Positions 11,146 to 19,781 of a stretch of 64,000 nucleotides of DNA are shown piece by piece. The position numbers and the translations under genes are program-made. How positions within the stretch are numbered: the stretch's first letter is position 1; each line of letters starts with the position of its first letter. Below the pieces are notes generated by a model. That model was not told where the DNA came from and searched no databases. It saw only the letters and a list, made by a program, of their open reading frames with translations. The DNA is from Bryobacterales bacterium (GTDB lineage: Bacteria > Acidobacteriota > Terriglobia > Bryobacterales > UBA6623): positions 607,022-671,021 of the forward strand of contig CBDEGI010000002.1 of NCBI GenBank assembly GCA_965237575.1, written 5' to 3'.

Positions 11146-11908
11146 ATGAAGAGAAACTTCAAGAAGGCACTCAAGCATGTACTGGTCCACGAAGGTGGCT
11201 GGGCGGATCATCCGAAGGATCCCGGCGGCGCAACCATGAAAGGGGTCACTCTGGCCACCTATCGGCGCCTGGCCACGCTATCGGCGCCACTTCGGCAAAG
11301 CCAAAAGCAAGAACGATCTGCGTAACATCGCTGACGAGGAACTGGAGCAAATCTACCGTTCAGGCTATTGGGGCAAATGTCGCTGCGATGAACTGCCTGT
11401 GGGCGTCGACTACGCCGTGTTTGACGCCGCGGTGAATTCCGGACCGGGGCGAGGCGCAAGATGGTTACAAGCAGCGGTCGGAGCCAAGCAGGATGGAGGG
11501 ATCGGCCCTAAGACACTTTCCAGAGTCGAAGAACACGACCCCATCCAAGTCACCGGCGTCATGTGCGACCGCCGCCTGAGTTTCCTGCGTAGCCTTGACA
11601 CCTGGCCCACATTCGGAAAGGGTTGGGGACGCCGCGTTGAAGGCGTGCGCGCCACCGCCATCGCCATGGCCGGAGGAACGAGTCCAGCCGTAGAGGAAAT
11701 CACGCCATCGGTTGATTACGAAGTTGTCAAAAAGGGCTCCCGTGGACCCTGGGTACGCAAACTTCAGGAAGCCCTTGAAATTCAGGTGGATGGGAGATTC
11801 GGTAGAGACACCGAGGCCGTGCTCAAAGCCTGGCAACAAGCACACGGGCTGGAACCGGACGGCATAGCCGGCCGCAACACCTACCGCTCGCTCGGCTTGC
11901 TCGCCTGA
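11146..11908 (+). pseudogene. GH108-family lysozyme with PG_binding_3 and C-terminal PG_binding_1 domains, frameshifted by a 19-bp tandem duplication
   Basis: ATG at 11146 with SD AGAGGA. The N-terminus VLVHEGGWADHPKDPGGATMKGVT is the GH108 motif. Frame 1 stops shortly after 11290. Homology continues in frame 2 (HFGKAKSKNDLRNIADEELEQIYRSGYWGKCRCDELPVGVDYAVFDAAVNSG…) to 11908. The C-terminus KGSRGPWVRKLQEAL…DGIAGRNTYRSL is a peptidoglycan-binding repeat. Confidence 0.8.
11251..11287. repeat. Imperfect tandem duplication (18 nt + 19 nt) inside the GH108 gene
   Basis: ctggccacctatcggcgc (11251-11268) is followed directly by ctggccacgctatcggcgc (11269-11287). Deleting the second copy gives an intact 247-codon ORF (…LATYRRHFGKAK…). 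Confidence 0.85.
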
Positions 11909-12299
11909 CCCATAATTTCCGTCTTGTAATGTCGGCGACTGTGGCGGTTGACGGAGCGGTGCAACCACCCGTCGGCCCGGCGTGACGGTGCCCACCCGCC
12001 ACAACAGAGGCACGGACGGAAGTCCGCGCTTGCCCACGGCGCAAGTCGATGTGTCCGGCCACGGTTCATAGCCCCGGCAGGGGCGACTGAAAGTAGCCCA
12101 CCGCGCAAGCGGTGGGTCAGCCGTTCCAAACGATCCCCAGCCCCAGCAGGGGCGTTTGAGACGTTTTCTCCTCTTGACAACCGGTAGTGGGGAACACGAG
12201 AAACAGGTGGTGCTCTTTGAGGCCCGACCCGTTGCTCCTGGGGGGTGGCATCACGCAACCTGCACGCCGGTCTACGGACGGATCGCGGGCCCATTGCTC

Positions 12300-12337
12300 C
12301 TCGCCAGCCATCTCTTCAGGGTAGAATTGGACTGGCA
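12300..12337 (+). promoter_or_regulatory. Conserved 38-bp upstream block with TAGAAT box, copy 2 (abuts kinase start codon)
   Basis: ctcgccagccatctcttcagggTAGAATtggactggcA. TAGAAT lies at 12322-12327 and the ATG starts at 12337, so a transcript from this box would be (near-)leaderless. Confidence 0.25.
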
Positions 12338-15331
12338 TGATCGGCCAAACCATCTCGCACTACAAGATCACCGAAAAACTCGGTGAAGGCGGGATGGGAG
12401 TCGTCTACAAGGCCCAGGACACCGAGCTCGACCGGCCCGTCGCCCTCAAGTTCCTAGCGCCCCCACCTGCTCCGCGACGAAGAGGGCCGCAAGAGGTTCC
12501 GGCGCGAAGCGAAAGCCGCCGCCGCACTCGACCACCCCAACATCTGCACTGTCTACGAAATCGGCCAGGCCGATGATCAAAACTTCATCGCCATGGCCTT
12601 TCTCGAAGGCCGCACGCTGAGCAAGAAGATCAGCGATGGCCCGCTGAAGCTGCCCGAGGCCCTTTCCATTGCCACCCAGATCGGCGAGGGACTCGAAGCA
12701 GCCCACGAGAAGGGCATCGCCCACCGCGACATCAAGCCCGACAACGTGATGCTGATGAAAGGCTCGCGCGGGCTGCTCAAGATCATGGACTTCGGCCTCG
12801 CGCAACTCGCCGAGAGCTCGAAGCTCACTCGCGAGGGGACAACGCTCGGAACCCCCACCTACATGTCCCCCGAGCAAGCGATGGGGGAACCCACCGATCG
12901 CCGCTCCGATATCTGGGGTCTCGGCGGTGTGCTCTACGAGATGGTTGCCGGTAAGCCACCTTTCAGAGGCGAAGTCGATCAAGCGGTCATCTACTCCATC
13001 GTGAACGAGGAGCCGGAGCCGCTAACGGCGGTGCGCACCGGTGTTCCCAAGGAGCTTGAGCGCATCGTCGACAAGTGCCTGGCGAAGGATGCGGCTGAAC
13101 GCTACCAGCACGCCGAGGACTTGTTGGTCGATCTGCAGCGGCTGCGGCAGGAGTTGGAAACGGGAGCACCCAAGCCGGCGGCACGGCCTACACCTGCCCG
13201 CAGGTTTTCACCCGCCGTGATTGCTGCTGCCGGCGCGGTCTTGCTCGTTGCGGTGGGCCTTACTTGGTGGCTCGCCGGCTCATCGGAAACAGCCGCTCCC
13301 CCTCAATACAAACTGACCCAAATCACACGCGACACCGGCTACACCGCCGATCCGGCTCTGTCTCCGAACGGGCAGCTTCTTGCTTATGCCTCGGATCGTC
13401 AGGGCGACGGCAACCTTGACATCTGGGTGCAGCAACTGACCGGCGGGGGAAATCCGGTCCGCCTAACACAGCACGAAGCCGACGACCACGCGCCGTCATT
13501 CTCGCCCGACGGCAGCCGCATCGTCTTTCTCTCGGACCGCGACAACAGCGGGATTTACGTGACGGGGTATGCACTTGACTCCCGACGACCTCACACCTTG
13601 TGGTCGGCGACTGCGGCGACCGTACCCTCGAGGGGCCATCGGGCAGCGGTCGTGGGTCCTATAGCCGCCGCTCATTGCGCCCCGCGGGGGGACGGCAGCG
13701 GTTGACTTTGAAACCTGAAGGCGAAGCGCTCTTGAAACTCCCCAGCGTGCGCGAATAGTCCTCCAGAGCCCGGATACTAGACCTTGGGGCTTCGGGAGTC
13801 AAGTGCATACCCCAGTTACGTGATTCCGGCGCTTGGCGGAAGTCCGACACGCATTGGACGTGGCTGGCGATGGGCGGCACCCCGTTTCTCTCCAGATGGG
13901 AAGTGGGTCACTTTTTCTCGACCTAGGCAAGATAGCGATTTTCAACAGTTCTCCCATATTGAGATCGTCCCGGCTTCAGGCGGTCCACCGCGGATCGTGG
14001 AGGCAGGCCTGCCAATTGCCGCCGTGCCGATCTGGTCACCCGACGGACAGCATCTGATGTTCATAGGGAGCGAGGAGCCGGGTGGAATTGGCAAGCAGAT
14101 AGACCTCGACTGGTGGCTTGTGCCCGCCGCGGGGGGCGAGCCCGTTCGACTAGGAGCTCGAGAGCTATTCGAAAAACATAGAATCGTACCAGCGGGACCC
14201 ATCGATACCCATCCCAACAGGAGGTTCCCGGCTCCTCGCGCTTGGCTAGCTGACGATAATCGACTGGTCTTCGGCGGGGCGATCGGTGGTGCGGCAGCCA
14301 ATCTGTGGCAGGTTCGAATCTCACCCAGCGACGCCAGACTTGTCGGGGAGCCCCAGCGACTCACCTCGGGAACAGGCGAGGAAGACCCTTCCGCCTCCCA
14401 AGACAGCCTCATCGCGTTCGTCAACCCAGCCCGCGATTGGGATATCTGGAGCCTGCCGCTCGACGCTAATCGCGCCGAGGTCCGCGGAGAACCGGAGAGG
14501 GTCGTCTCAGCACTGAGCGACGAGCTGTACCCATCGATCTCGGATGATGGGCAAAAGCTTGCCTACGCGTCAGACCGCGCCGGTAACCGCGATATCTGGC
14601 TTCATGACCTAGAAACCGGCGAGGACACGCCCATAACGATCGCTCCCGAGAACGAGGGGCGGGGAACGATTTCACCCGACGGTTCGATGATCTCCTTCAT
14701 CCGCCGGGAGCAAGACAAACGCAACCTATACGTCATGGACCTCGTCCAAAGGAGAACGAAGCTGTTGGTCGAGGGCGTCGGCAGCATGTTGGACTGGATG
14801 CCGGGAGGCAAGCGAATCCTGTACTACACGCCTCCACCTCTACGCTGGAAGACCGTGGATGCGGAGACAGCCGAACAAGCCGATGTCGATCTCACGCACC
14901 CCGAGTACCACCCGGAAACGCTTCGATTCTCTCCTGATGGTGAGTGGCTTGCGTTCAATCTTGCGCTCCAACCCGAACGGCCGCTCTTCATTTCCCGTAT
15001 CGAGCAGGGCCAACCAACCGCACACGACGAATGGATTCAGATCACCGAGGGTTCGGCCGCTAGCCACCCTTGGTGGTCGCCCGACGGCAATGTACTCTAT
15101 TTCCGTTCCCGTCGCGACGGGTTCCACTGCGTCTATGCCCAGCCGTTGGAGCCCGCAACCAAAAAGCCGCAAGGGCCCCTGAAGTCGATCCGGCACTTCC
15201 ACGGGCGCATTCGTACTGTCGGTGTCGGCGGGGGAGGCTTCGGCTATGCCATGACCCACGATCGTCTCTATCTGCCGCTCGGCGAACGCAAGGCCAACAT
15301 CTGGCTGGCCGAACCGCAAACCGAGCCGTGA
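12337..15331 (+). pseudogene. Ser/Thr protein kinase with TM segment and TolB-like beta-propeller, disrupted by a homopolymer frameshift and a 253-bp TIR element
   Basis: Pieces are 12337..12576 (frame 1), 12593..13705 and 13784..15331 (frame 2). Kinase motifs: [38 protein letters not shown]. TolB-like repeats follow (SPNG/SPDG…). The C5 run at 12460-12464 shifts the frame; with C4 it reads [34 protein letters not shown]. Removing 13563-13815 plus one TSD restores …DNSGIYVIPALGGSPTRI…. Confidence 0.85.
13563..13815 (+). mobile_element. Non-autonomous TIR element, family A (MITE-like), copy 1, inside the kinase gene
   Basis: Termini are cGGGGTATGCACTTGACTCCCGA … TCGGGAGTCAAGTGCATACCCCag. It is flanked by the direct repeat TTACGTGA (13555-13562 and 13816-13823). 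About 99% identical to 63199..63452. Confidence 0.85.
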
Positions 15332-15375
15332 CCGTGAGGGAGCGGTCCGGCACGAACCCTGACGCAACTCAAAGG
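15319..15375 (+). repeat. 57-bp dispersed repeat (copy 1) overlapping the kinase stop codon
   Basis: aaccgagccgtgaccgtgagggagcggtccggcacgaaccctgacgcaactcaaagg. A reverse-complement copy lies at 33476..33532 and a partial copy at 25376-25390. It contains the imperfect hairpin CCGTGACCG…CGGTCCGG. Confidence 0.8.
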
Positions 15376-15428
15376 ATTCTATAGCGCACCTCTGTTGCCA
15401 CTCACGACTCGACAAACCTTTGTATCAT

Positions 15429-15465
15429 AAAGTACTTGACAATAGTGGACAACCCATTCTATCCT
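15429..15465 (+). promoter_or_regulatory. Candidate promoter (TTGACA-N18-TATCCT) overlapped by AT-rich palindrome AAAGTACTTg
   Basis: TTGACA at 15436-15441 and TATCCT at 15460-15465. The near-palindrome AAAGTACTTG at 15429-15438 recurs as the perfect AAAGTACTTT at 16539-16548. The region is unusually AT-rich for this window. Confidence 0.3.
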
Positions 15466-15475
15466 TGGCAGGAAG

Positions 15476-16102
15476 ATGGCTTCGCCCAACCCCATCCCCT
15501 CCCGCTCTACCGCTCCCCGTGACGAGCCGGTCGTCCTCCACGCCCACGCCATGGAGAACCTGCGGTTCATCCGCGAGACGATGGAAAGCTCGGTGGTATT
15601 CACGACCCTGCCCGGCTGGGGCGCCGTCGCTGTCGGACTGACCGCTCTGGCGGCGACCTGGCTAGCCGCGACCCGATCGTCCCACAGCGAGTGGCTGGCC
15701 ACGTGGTTGGCCGAGGCCGTGCTTGGCGTCGTGATCGCCGCGGCCGCCACAGCCTGGAAGATCCGCGGCACGGCAAGCCCCGTTCCACTGCGGCCCCTGC
15801 GAAATTTCGTTCTCAGCCTAGTGCCACCGCTGATCGCTGGAGCCATACTCACGGTTGTGCTGGTTCGGGCAGGCGCCATCAATGCCATACCCGGTACCTG
15901 GCTATTGCTCTACGGTGCCGGTATCGCAACCGGAGGCTCCGTCTCGGTGCGCATCGTCCCCGTCATGGGACTGTGCTTCATGTTGCTCGGTGCGCTGGCC
16001 CTGTTCTGCGACGCGTCTTGGCATAACGCGATCTTGGCCGCCGGGTTCGGAGGCCTCCATCTCGCTTTCGGGTTGGTCATCGCCAGGAGGTACGGTGGCT
16101 AG
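15476..16102 (+). CDS. Polytopic membrane protein, unknown function
   Basis: 208-aa ORF with SD AGGAAG and about 5 hydrophobic helices (GWGAVAVGLTALAATWLAA, AVLGVVIAAAATAW, LVPPLIAGAILTVVLV, LLLYGAGIATGG, VMGLCFMLLGALALF). Its stop overlaps the next gene's start. Confidence 0.65.
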   Translation: MASPNPIPSRSTAPRDEPVVLHAHAMENLRFIRETMESSVVFTTLPGWGAVAVGLTALAATWLAATRSSHSEWLATWLAEAVLGVVIAAAATAWKIRGTASPVPLRPLRNFVLSLVPPLIAGAILTVVLVRAGAINAIPGTWLLLYGAGIATGGSVSVRIVPVMGLCFMLLGALALFCDASWHNAILAAGFGGLHLAFGLVIARRYGG

Positions 16103-16505
16103 ATCAAGCGCGGCGCGCAAGCGCACCACCGAGCCGACCGGGCAGACGACGGAGGCAAGTCCGTCGGCAGAACGGAAGCCCACTCCCGTGCACTCCACGA
16201 AGAGCAACCAAGCGCTTCAGCTCAACCGGCTGATTCACGAAAGGACGCGACTAGCCATCGTCAGCGCCCTCGCCGTCAATACATCCCTCAGCTTCACCGA
16301 ACTGAAGACTCAACTGAATATCACTGACGGGAATCTCAGCGTGCACGCCCGTAAGCTCGAGGAGGCCGACTACATCGCATGCTCGAAGACTTTCGAGAAG
16401 CGCGTCCCGAAGACCCAATACAAGCTGACCCGTAGTGGCCGGCGCGCGCTGGAGCGCTACCTGGATCACATGGAAGCCTTGATCGAAGCCACACGGGACC
16501 ACTAA
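16095..16505 (+). CDS. Winged-helix (HTH_34-like) transcriptional regulator
   Basis: GTG at 16095 sits after AGGAGG (16085-16090) and overlaps the upstream stop by 8 nt. The sequence LNRLIHERTRLAIVSALAVNTSLSFTELKTQLNITDGNLSVHARKLEEADYIACSKTFEKRVPKTQYKLTRSGRRALERYLDHM is typical of small wHTH regulators paired with a membrane protein. Confidence 0.7.
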   Translation: MARSSAARKRTTEPTGQTTEASPSAERKPTPVHSTKSNQALQLNRLIHERTRLAIVSALAVNTSLSFTELKTQLNITDGNLSVHARKLEEADYIACSKTFEKRVPKTQYKLTRSGRRALERYLDHMEALIEATRDH

Positions 16506-16531
16506 AAGGCTTTTTTTTGGACATAGACTTT

Positions 16532-17311
16532 ATGAAACAAAGTACTTTTCAATCGTCATCCTTGCACGTAGCAATCATCATGGACGGCAACGGCCGCTGG
16601 GCTGCAGCGCACGGCCGGCCCCGCGTGGAGGGACATCGCCGCGGCGCCGACGCCGTTCGCCGAACCGTCGAGGCCTCGGTCAAGCTAGGCATCGGCACGC
16701 TGACGCTGCACGCCTTCTCGGCCGACAACTGGAAACGTCCCGCTCGCGAGGTGGACGAGCTAATGAGGCTGTTCCGGCGATTCCTGCTCGCCGAATCAGC
16801 ACGCTGCGCGCGTGAGGGTGTGCGTGTACAGGTGATCGGCCGCCGCGACCGCCTCGATGCGGCACTTCTATCCGCAATCGAGAAGACCGAATCTGCAACC
16901 TCGTCCGGCGCCGCGTTGCACTTGCGGATCGCGGTGGACTACTCGGCACGAGAGTCTACTCTTGCTACCGCGCGACTGCTGCGAGGCCGCGAGGATGTTA
17001 CGCCACAGGCCTTCGTCAAAGCACTCGCCGCCGCTATCCACACCGACGAAACCACCCCCGACGTTGACCTGTTGATTCGCACTGGCGGCGAGATACGCCT
17101 GAGCGATCTGTGCGGCTGGGACAGCGCCTACGCCGAGTTGGTCTTCAGCCAAAAGATGTGGCCGGACTTCGACGGCCTCGATCTCGCTTCGGCACTAGAC
17201 GAGTTCCGGAAACGCGAGCGGCGCTTCGGAGCGCTGCCGACTAACGGCGCGAACGGCACTTCCATGCCGATGCCCGCTGTCTTCATACCCCAAACCCCTT
17301 CCAAGGAGTGA
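16532..17311 (+). CDS. uppS: Isoprenyl transferase (undecaprenyl-diphosphate synthase family, cis-prenyltransferase)
   Basis: Signature HVAIIMDGNGRWA is present, followed by GHRRG…LTLHAFSADNWKRP…, IRTGGEIRLS and AYAELVFSQKMWPDF. ATG at 16532 is preferred over TTG at 16517. The next gene starts 10 nt after its stop. Confidence 0.85.
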   Translation: MKQSTFQSSSLHVAIIMDGNGRWAAAHGRPRVEGHRRGADAVRRTVEASVKLGIGTLTLHAFSADNWKRPAREVDELMRLFRRFLLAESARCAREGVRVQVIGRRDRLDAALLSAIEKTESATSSGAALHLRIAVDYSARESTLATARLLRGREDVTPQAFVKALAAAIHTDETTPDVDLLIRTGGEIRLSDLCGWDSAYAELVFSQKMWPDFDGLDLASALDEFRKRERRFGALPTNGANGTSMPMPAVFIPQTPSKE

Positions 17312-17321
17312 TGAACGAGAG

Positions 17322-19781
17322 ATGAAGCCCATCAGCCAAGAAGCCCAAACGCCGCCGGCCAGTGCGCCAAAGACGGCTTCGGAAACATTCCGCTTCGAAC
17401 TGCGTCAGCCGCCGGCCAAGCCAAACAAGCCGAAGGCGCCCCGTGTCAAGGCCCCCAGTGTCGAGGCCCCTGTGACCCTTGTGTTCACTGGACTGTTTGG
17501 CATCATCCTGCCGGCGGCGACGATTGCGATCGAGCTGTATACGCACATGTGCGCCGAAGTCTTCTTCGACCCCCTGCCGACCTTCTGGCACGCCTTGCTG
17601 GTGGGGTTGGCCCCGGCTGCGAACCTCGTGTTGGTTTGGCTCTTGGTACGCAGCAGACCGGTACCACTGCGGGCTCCTTTCGTGTTGAACGCCGTCGCTA
17701 TTGGAGTCTCGTGTTTCTATGCACTGCTGTTCCTGCCGCTCGCTCCGCTAGCGTTCGTAGCGGTATTGTTCTACGGCTTAGGACTGCTGCCGCTCGCTCC
17801 GCTTGGCGGCTTTGTCTCAGCGCTGCTGCTGCGCAGGGCGCTACGGAGGCGAGTACGGGCATCCGGTAGTGCTCGCTCCATACCGCGCGTGTGGAGCGGC
17901 ATCGCACTGGCGGCTGTCACGATCGTCCTGATTGAGCTGCCCGTCTCGCTGACCGGTTTGGGACTACGCTGGGCGGCGTCACCGGTTGCCGAAGATCGCG
18001 AGTCAGGCATTCAGTTCCTGCGGACGTTTGGGTCGGAGGAGGTCCTGCTGCATGCCACGAGCCCCAGACGCGGCAGGGGGTCCGACTTGATCGGGATGTG
18101 GCTCCTTGGTGATCCCGTTTCACCGGCGAAGGCGAAGGAAGTCTACTACCGGGTCACGGGCGAGGCGGCCCAGCCGGAAACGTCGCCCCGCTTTGTGTTT
18201 CCCAACTTCGATCCCGAGCAGGGAGGGGTTACCGTGGGCAGCTTTTCGCCGGGCCTCGACCTCGCCGAGTCGCGAATCGACAGCTCGGTCGACGCCGACG
18301 CGGCCCTCGCCTATTCACAGTGGACGATGGTGATCTCCAACAGTAACCAAGTTGCTCGCGAGGCTCGCGCGCAGGTCAAGCTGCCCAGTGGGGCAGTGGT
18401 ATCGCGAGTCACACTGTGGATCAACGGCGAAGAGCGAGAGGCTGCGTTCGGGGCCCGGGCCCGCGTGCGCGAAGCCTACGAACGCGTCGTCCGTACACAA
18501 AGGGATCCGCTACTCGTCACAACGAACGGCGCTGACCGCATCCTCATTCAGTGCTTTCCCGTCCCACGCAACGGTGAGATGAAGATCCGAATCGGCATCA
18601 CGCAGCCACTCGAGAATCGTGGTGATGGGTCATTGCTGTTCGACTTACCTCACTTCGTAGAGAAGAACTTCGCCATCGACGGTGCTGGGGTAGAGCACCG
18701 GGTCTGGGTCGAGATGGAGGGTGCACCGCTTCCGCCCGAGCTGGCTGGGTTCGAGGTCGAACGAACAGCGGACGGGGCCTTCGCGCTGCGCGGATCCGTC
18801 GAAGACTCGAAGCTGCGCAAGGCGGGAGTTCGGGTGCCATACCCGCAAGCTCCGCACCACGAATTGACTTGGACACCGGACCCACTCGACCCGGAGACCC
18901 ACGTCATCCAGCAGCGCTTCGAACTCCGACAATCGACGCCTCCCGAACATGTCGTGGTGGTTGTCGATGGATCGAAGGACATGCAGCCTTTTCTGCCCCA
19001 GATCGCCGACGCTCTTGATGCCATGCCCGGTGACTGGAAGACAGGAGTGCTCGTAGCGGCGGATCAGGTACTACCGCTTAACGACCCATCCGAACTGAGA
19101 GGCTTGCAGCTCGAGGGCGGCGCGGACAACGTGCCCGCTTTGGAAGAGGCTTACCGCCGTGCGGGTGCGGGCGATGCAGTCATCTTGTGGGTGCACGGCG
19201 CCCAGCCCGTGCTCATGGAGCGGACCGACGGCTTGCAACAGAGCTGGGAGCGCCGGCCGGGCCGGGTTTCTCTAGTCGCCATCCAAGGGCCGCCCGGACC
19301 AAACCGTATTCTCGAGAGCTTGGATGGCATCGCCGATGTCCGCTCTGTCACGAGGACGGTGAGCCTCACCGAAGACCTCTTGTATCTTGGGTCGCGTTGG
19401 GCCGGCGAGACCGCGGAATGGAAAGCCGTTCGGCGGAGACTGCCGAGGAGCGATCTCGGCCGGCACGATTTGGGCCAAAGGACCTCCTCCCACCTTGCAA
19501 AGCTCTGGGCCAATGATGAGGTAGCCAAGCTGGCCTCCTTAGGGATCTCTGACCGAGAGCATGCGGTTTCACTGGCTACCTCATATCAGATCGTCACGCC
19601 AGTTTCGGGCGCTGTCGTGCTCGAGACACAGGCACAGTACGAGCAAGCGGGGCTCAAGCCAGCCGACCCGGCGGACGTTCCCACCATCCCCGAGCCCGAA
19701 GTGTGGGCTCTGATGCTTGTTCTCACGGCATTGCTGGGCCGGCAGATGCTCAAGGCGAGGAGACCGTGGACAAGCGCCTAA
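17322..19781 (+). CDS. Polytopic N-terminal domain + VIT + vWA-like protein with C-terminal PEP-CTERM-type sorting signal
   Basis: 819 aa. About 6 TM helices lie in residues 50-210. VIT-like region: YSQWTMVISNSNQVAREARAQVKLPSGAVVSRVTLWINGEEREAAF…REAYERVVRTQRDPLLV. vWA-like region: VVVVVDGSKDM. C-terminus VPTIPEPEVWALMLVLTALLGRQMLKARRPWTSA has PEP, then a hydrophobic helix, then a basic cluster. Confidence 0.8.
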   Translation: MKPISQEAQTPPASAPKTASETFRFELRQPPAKPNKPKAPRVKAPSVEAPVTLVFTGLFGIILPAATIAIELYTHMCAEVFFDPLPTFWHALLVGLAPAANLVLVWLLVRSRPVPLRAPFVLNAVAIGVSCFYALLFLPLAPLAFVAVLFYGLGLLPLAPLGGFVSALLLRRALRRRVRASGSARSIPRVWSGIALAAVTIVLIELPVSLTGLGLRWAASPVAEDRESGIQFLRTFGSEEVLLHATSPRRGRGSDLIGMWLLGDPVSPAKAKEVYYRVTGEAAQPETSPRFVFPNFDPEQGGVTVGSFSPGLDLAESRIDSSVDADAALAYSQWTMVISNSNQVAREARAQVKLPSGAVVSRVTLWINGEEREAAFGARARVREAYERVVRTQRDPLLVTTNGADRILIQCFPVPRNGEMKIRIGITQPLENRGDGSLLFDLPHFVEKNFAIDGAGVEHRVWVEMEGAPLPPELAGFEVERTADGAFALRGSVEDSKLRKAGVRVPYPQAPHHELTWTPDPLDPETHVIQQRFELRQSTPPEHVVVVVDGSKDMQPFLPQIADALDAMPGDWKTGVLVAADQVLPLNDPSELRGLQLEGGADNVPALEEAYRRAGAGDAVILWVHGAQPVLMERTDGLQQSWERRPGRVSLVAIQGPPGPNRILESLDGIADVRSVTRTVSLTEDLLYLGSRWAGETAEWKAVRRRLPRSDLGRHDLGQRTSSHLAKLWANDEVAKLASLGISDREHAVSLATSYQIVTPVSGAVVLETQAQYEQAGLKPADPADVPTIPEPEVWALMLVLTALLGRQMLKARRPWTSA

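Noticed and set aside
11146-11908. GH108 lysozyme as the marker of a prophage or T6SS island
   Set aside because: No phage structural, integrase or secretion genes flank it. Its neighbours are a sialidase and a kinase, and only a short AT-richer leader (11070-11145) hints at foreign origin.
16505-16531. T8 run after the regulator gene as an intrinsic terminator
   Set aside because: No GC-rich stem precedes the T tract, and the next gene starts 26 nt downstream in an apparently coupled operon.
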